Origin: Catajapyx aquilonaris
Lineage: Eukaryota
Assembly (NCBI GenBank): GCA_000934665.2
Contig: KZ538753.1
Location: 1-49,827, forward strand
DNA length: 49,827 nucleotides
Reading direction: 5' to 3'
Within the stretch, counting starts at the first letter, position 1. The number at the start of each line of letters is the position of its first letter. The position numbers and the translations under genes are program-made. The notes under the pieces are model-generated. The model saw nothing but the letters and a program-made list of their open reading frames with translations. It was not told the DNA's origin and did no database searches. Positions 47,533-49,827 of the stretch are shown one piece after another.

Positions 47533-47809
47533 TAATTCTATGTGCATGGAGGCAAAAATTATCGGCATGCCCTCTTATAAACTATAAATATTTTGAAATA
47601 ACTGCCTTCAGTGTTTATGTATAACATCTCAGAGTAAATGTGAATGAATATCATGTTTAGGCCTAGGTTTCCTTCCAAATCTGGCCCAGGTTACAGATGC
47701 AAGTATACAAATATTTCAAAATCTGGAAAACAGGTCGCATTTTGGATGTATGACCGGTTCTAGGTCAGGCACTATGGACTATGCAGAAAGTAAAATTTTC
47801 TTATGTTAA

Positions 47810-48602
47810 TCCAGATATGCCTGGAAAAGTTTTTGTTGAATTTTTGAACTTTCTTTGTTTCTCTTAGTTCATAGTAGTTTCCAAAACACAAAAATCGAGA
47901 TGAAACATTTTTCTGAATGCTTGTTTGTGAGAAAATGCCCTTTCCCTAATATTATGGGATGCTAGGATGGTGATTACATTACCATGGCAACAGTGACATT
48001 CAGCAATATCCATAGTTTCATAATATCACCAATGATTGATTGTTGTCGATTGCATTACCATTGGAAACAGACTGCGCAAAGAATGGGTTGTAATTGAGTA
48101 ACAATCAACAACAATCAAGGATTGTTGCAACGGTTGCCATGTTAACCAATTGCTATGTAATCTCGTTTTAATTATATGGATTCATTAAAATACAGTTCAA
48201 CAAAGTGCACCAACTTGTCCAAATGTGGTTGCATTTGCGACTTGCATTCCCCAGAGGGGACACCATATGCCTCTATTTCCCCATGGACATCGTCATTCAT
48301 AAGTTTGCTAAGTATTACAAACAATAAATAACTCATAAGACTAATCAATATTCGAAAATTAATTACTAATCACGTTCGCAACATGAAGGTGCAGCCATTA
48401 TTTCCTGTGTTAAAATTCAAACCCCAGTATCTTAAAAATCTGAAGCAATATTGAGCAGGTTTGAACATGTATCATTAGCTGGGACTAGACTGAAGCACAC
48501 TTGACTACTGCCAGCTCTTTAGCAGCAGAAGAACCTGAGCAAAATATTAAAATGTAACAACTGTGCAGGTGTCCCCTACAGGGGACACTGGGCATATCTG
48601 GG
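47810..48602. mobile_element. piggyBac-like MITE
   Basis: TTAA-TCCAGATATGCC ... GGCATATCTGGG-TTAA. Confidence 0.75.
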
Positions 48603-48901
48603 TTAAGTGGTAGGGCCAGGAGCTAATTATCAGCTGGAGATGTTCATTTGGTTGCTCTGCAGTTATTTCAGGCTAGAGTCCTGGGGCTCCCATTGGCCCT
48701 TTCCTTGGTATAGGGTGAATAGGGTCCTGCATGGCCAATGCTAACAGCCCTGCAGGATATTGGCATTTCTGCAATTTGCATGTGCTTGATTCATATGTCA
48801 TTTACCTTTGCTTTGCAGGTAGTTTTCAAGGAATATCATTGGCAAGTTGTCTTGATCAGCATAAATTGCTAAAAATTACAATATTTTCTCCTTACGTCTA
48901 G

Positions 48902-49019
48902 GTCTGGAGCCCGTGCGAGTGGAAGAGTATACAGTAATGTCTACAGGATATTACAGAAGGCTGAGAATGAAAGAGTAGGGATGAGGAAAGCAAGGAATGG
49001 AGGACACATGGACACTGAG
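48902..49019 (+). CDS. Candidate internal coding exon
   Basis: Pyrimidine tract plus tag acceptor, gtgaga donor; only the phase-2 frame is open (SGARASGRVYSNVYRILQKAENERVGMRKARNGGHMDTE). Confidence 0.3.
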
Positions 49020-49536
49020 GTGAGATAATGAATTATTATTATTATAGGCTGTATATGAGGACAAAGTGTAGTTCTTCTTCAAATAGCAAATTCACTTGCA
49101 ATTCCCTGAGGCTCGGGAATTTTTAATAAAATCTTATTCCAATAATAAATTCCCCAAGCACTATACGAATGAATGTCAATTGTAACTAATCAACTGCATG
49201 AGCCTGTGCCTGGCCAAAACAATTAAAATCACCCATATTGGAAGGCGCCAACAATTTGAGTGGAATTCCAGAAATGCCTCTATTCCAATACAGTAGCCTG
49301 TACAGCAGCCGACATCATTCTGGCATCGACTACCACGCGTGTTGGAGCTCAGGCATTGCTAACCCTAGTAACAGACAAATATTTAGGAATGCCATGAATG
49401 TCCAGTGTTCAATACAGGTTTCAATATTCAGTGAATAATGTTCTGCACAGGACATTAGGTTTTTGTCCATTTGTCAGGGTTCTTTAAATGTCAAATGAAT
49501 GTGTGACAGTGGGGATGTACTATTAGCTGACAAATT

Positions 49537-49663
49537 GGAGAGATGGACTAGCGCTGTGGTAACATACGTACCCATGGATGGAAGGGTCCTAGGTTTGGTC
49601 CCAAGTCTGGGCTTTCACCCCTTTCATCTCGTGCAGAGTTGGGTAATCTCTGACTTGGTTTCA
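49537..49663 (+). mobile_element. Degenerate, 3'-truncated family A SINE
   Basis: GCGCTGTGGTAACATACG...CCCCTTTCATCTCGTGCAGAG matches family A. Confidence 0.65.
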
Positions 49664-49827
49664 GAACCAAACTAACTCTTTTTACCCTCCTAAATGTTGA
49701 AATTTTTGAAATTTTTGAAATCTGCTTGGCCTATAGGGTCATTCCATGTCAGTACATCCAGCCATGTCACCCACCATCTCAGATTTTCTTGAAATTTTAA
49801 CTGGGCAAACTGTGTACTGAGAAACTA

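Noticed and set aside
49238..49438. Short H2A-like words (RVGAQA, VLEL) as a third exon of the candidate gene
   Set aside because: They fall in different frames with wrong spacing and early stops; consistent with chance.

Overview
Eukaryotic, animal (most likely arthropod) genomic DNA with GT-AG introns and a very high transposon load. Three spliced genes can be reconstructed: the 3' part of a focal adhesion kinase gene (FAK/PTK2, + strand, 12 exons, 2195-13772; the FERM exons lie upstream of the window), COX5B (- strand, 3 exons, 121 aa) and, head-to-head with it, MEAK7/TLDC1 (+ strand, 5 exons, 452 aa). Much of the intronic and intergenic DNA is nested mobile elements: at least 5 tRNA-headed SINE families, an internally deleted Helitron with both ends, a 131-bp solo LTR, fold-back Tc1/mariner derivatives, and MITEs with Tc1/mariner, pogo, hAT, piggyBac, Harbinger, Sola, Mutator-like and Chapaev-like ends. 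The most interesting signals are: a structure-conserved, sequence-variable 3' RNA module shared by SINEs with different heads, which is also found inserted alone; a palindrome made of two retro-like 3' ends inside one 15-bp duplication; a 3.45-kb nest of elements grown inside one SINE tail; a tRNA cloverleaf whose anticodon loop is a 59-nt hairpin; and an inverted, duplicated CCAAT+CRE block upstream of a candidate Arg/Lys-rich gene with a speculative H2A-like N-terminus. All calls were made by eye with no database search; TE superfamily labels rest on termini and target-site duplications (TSD).
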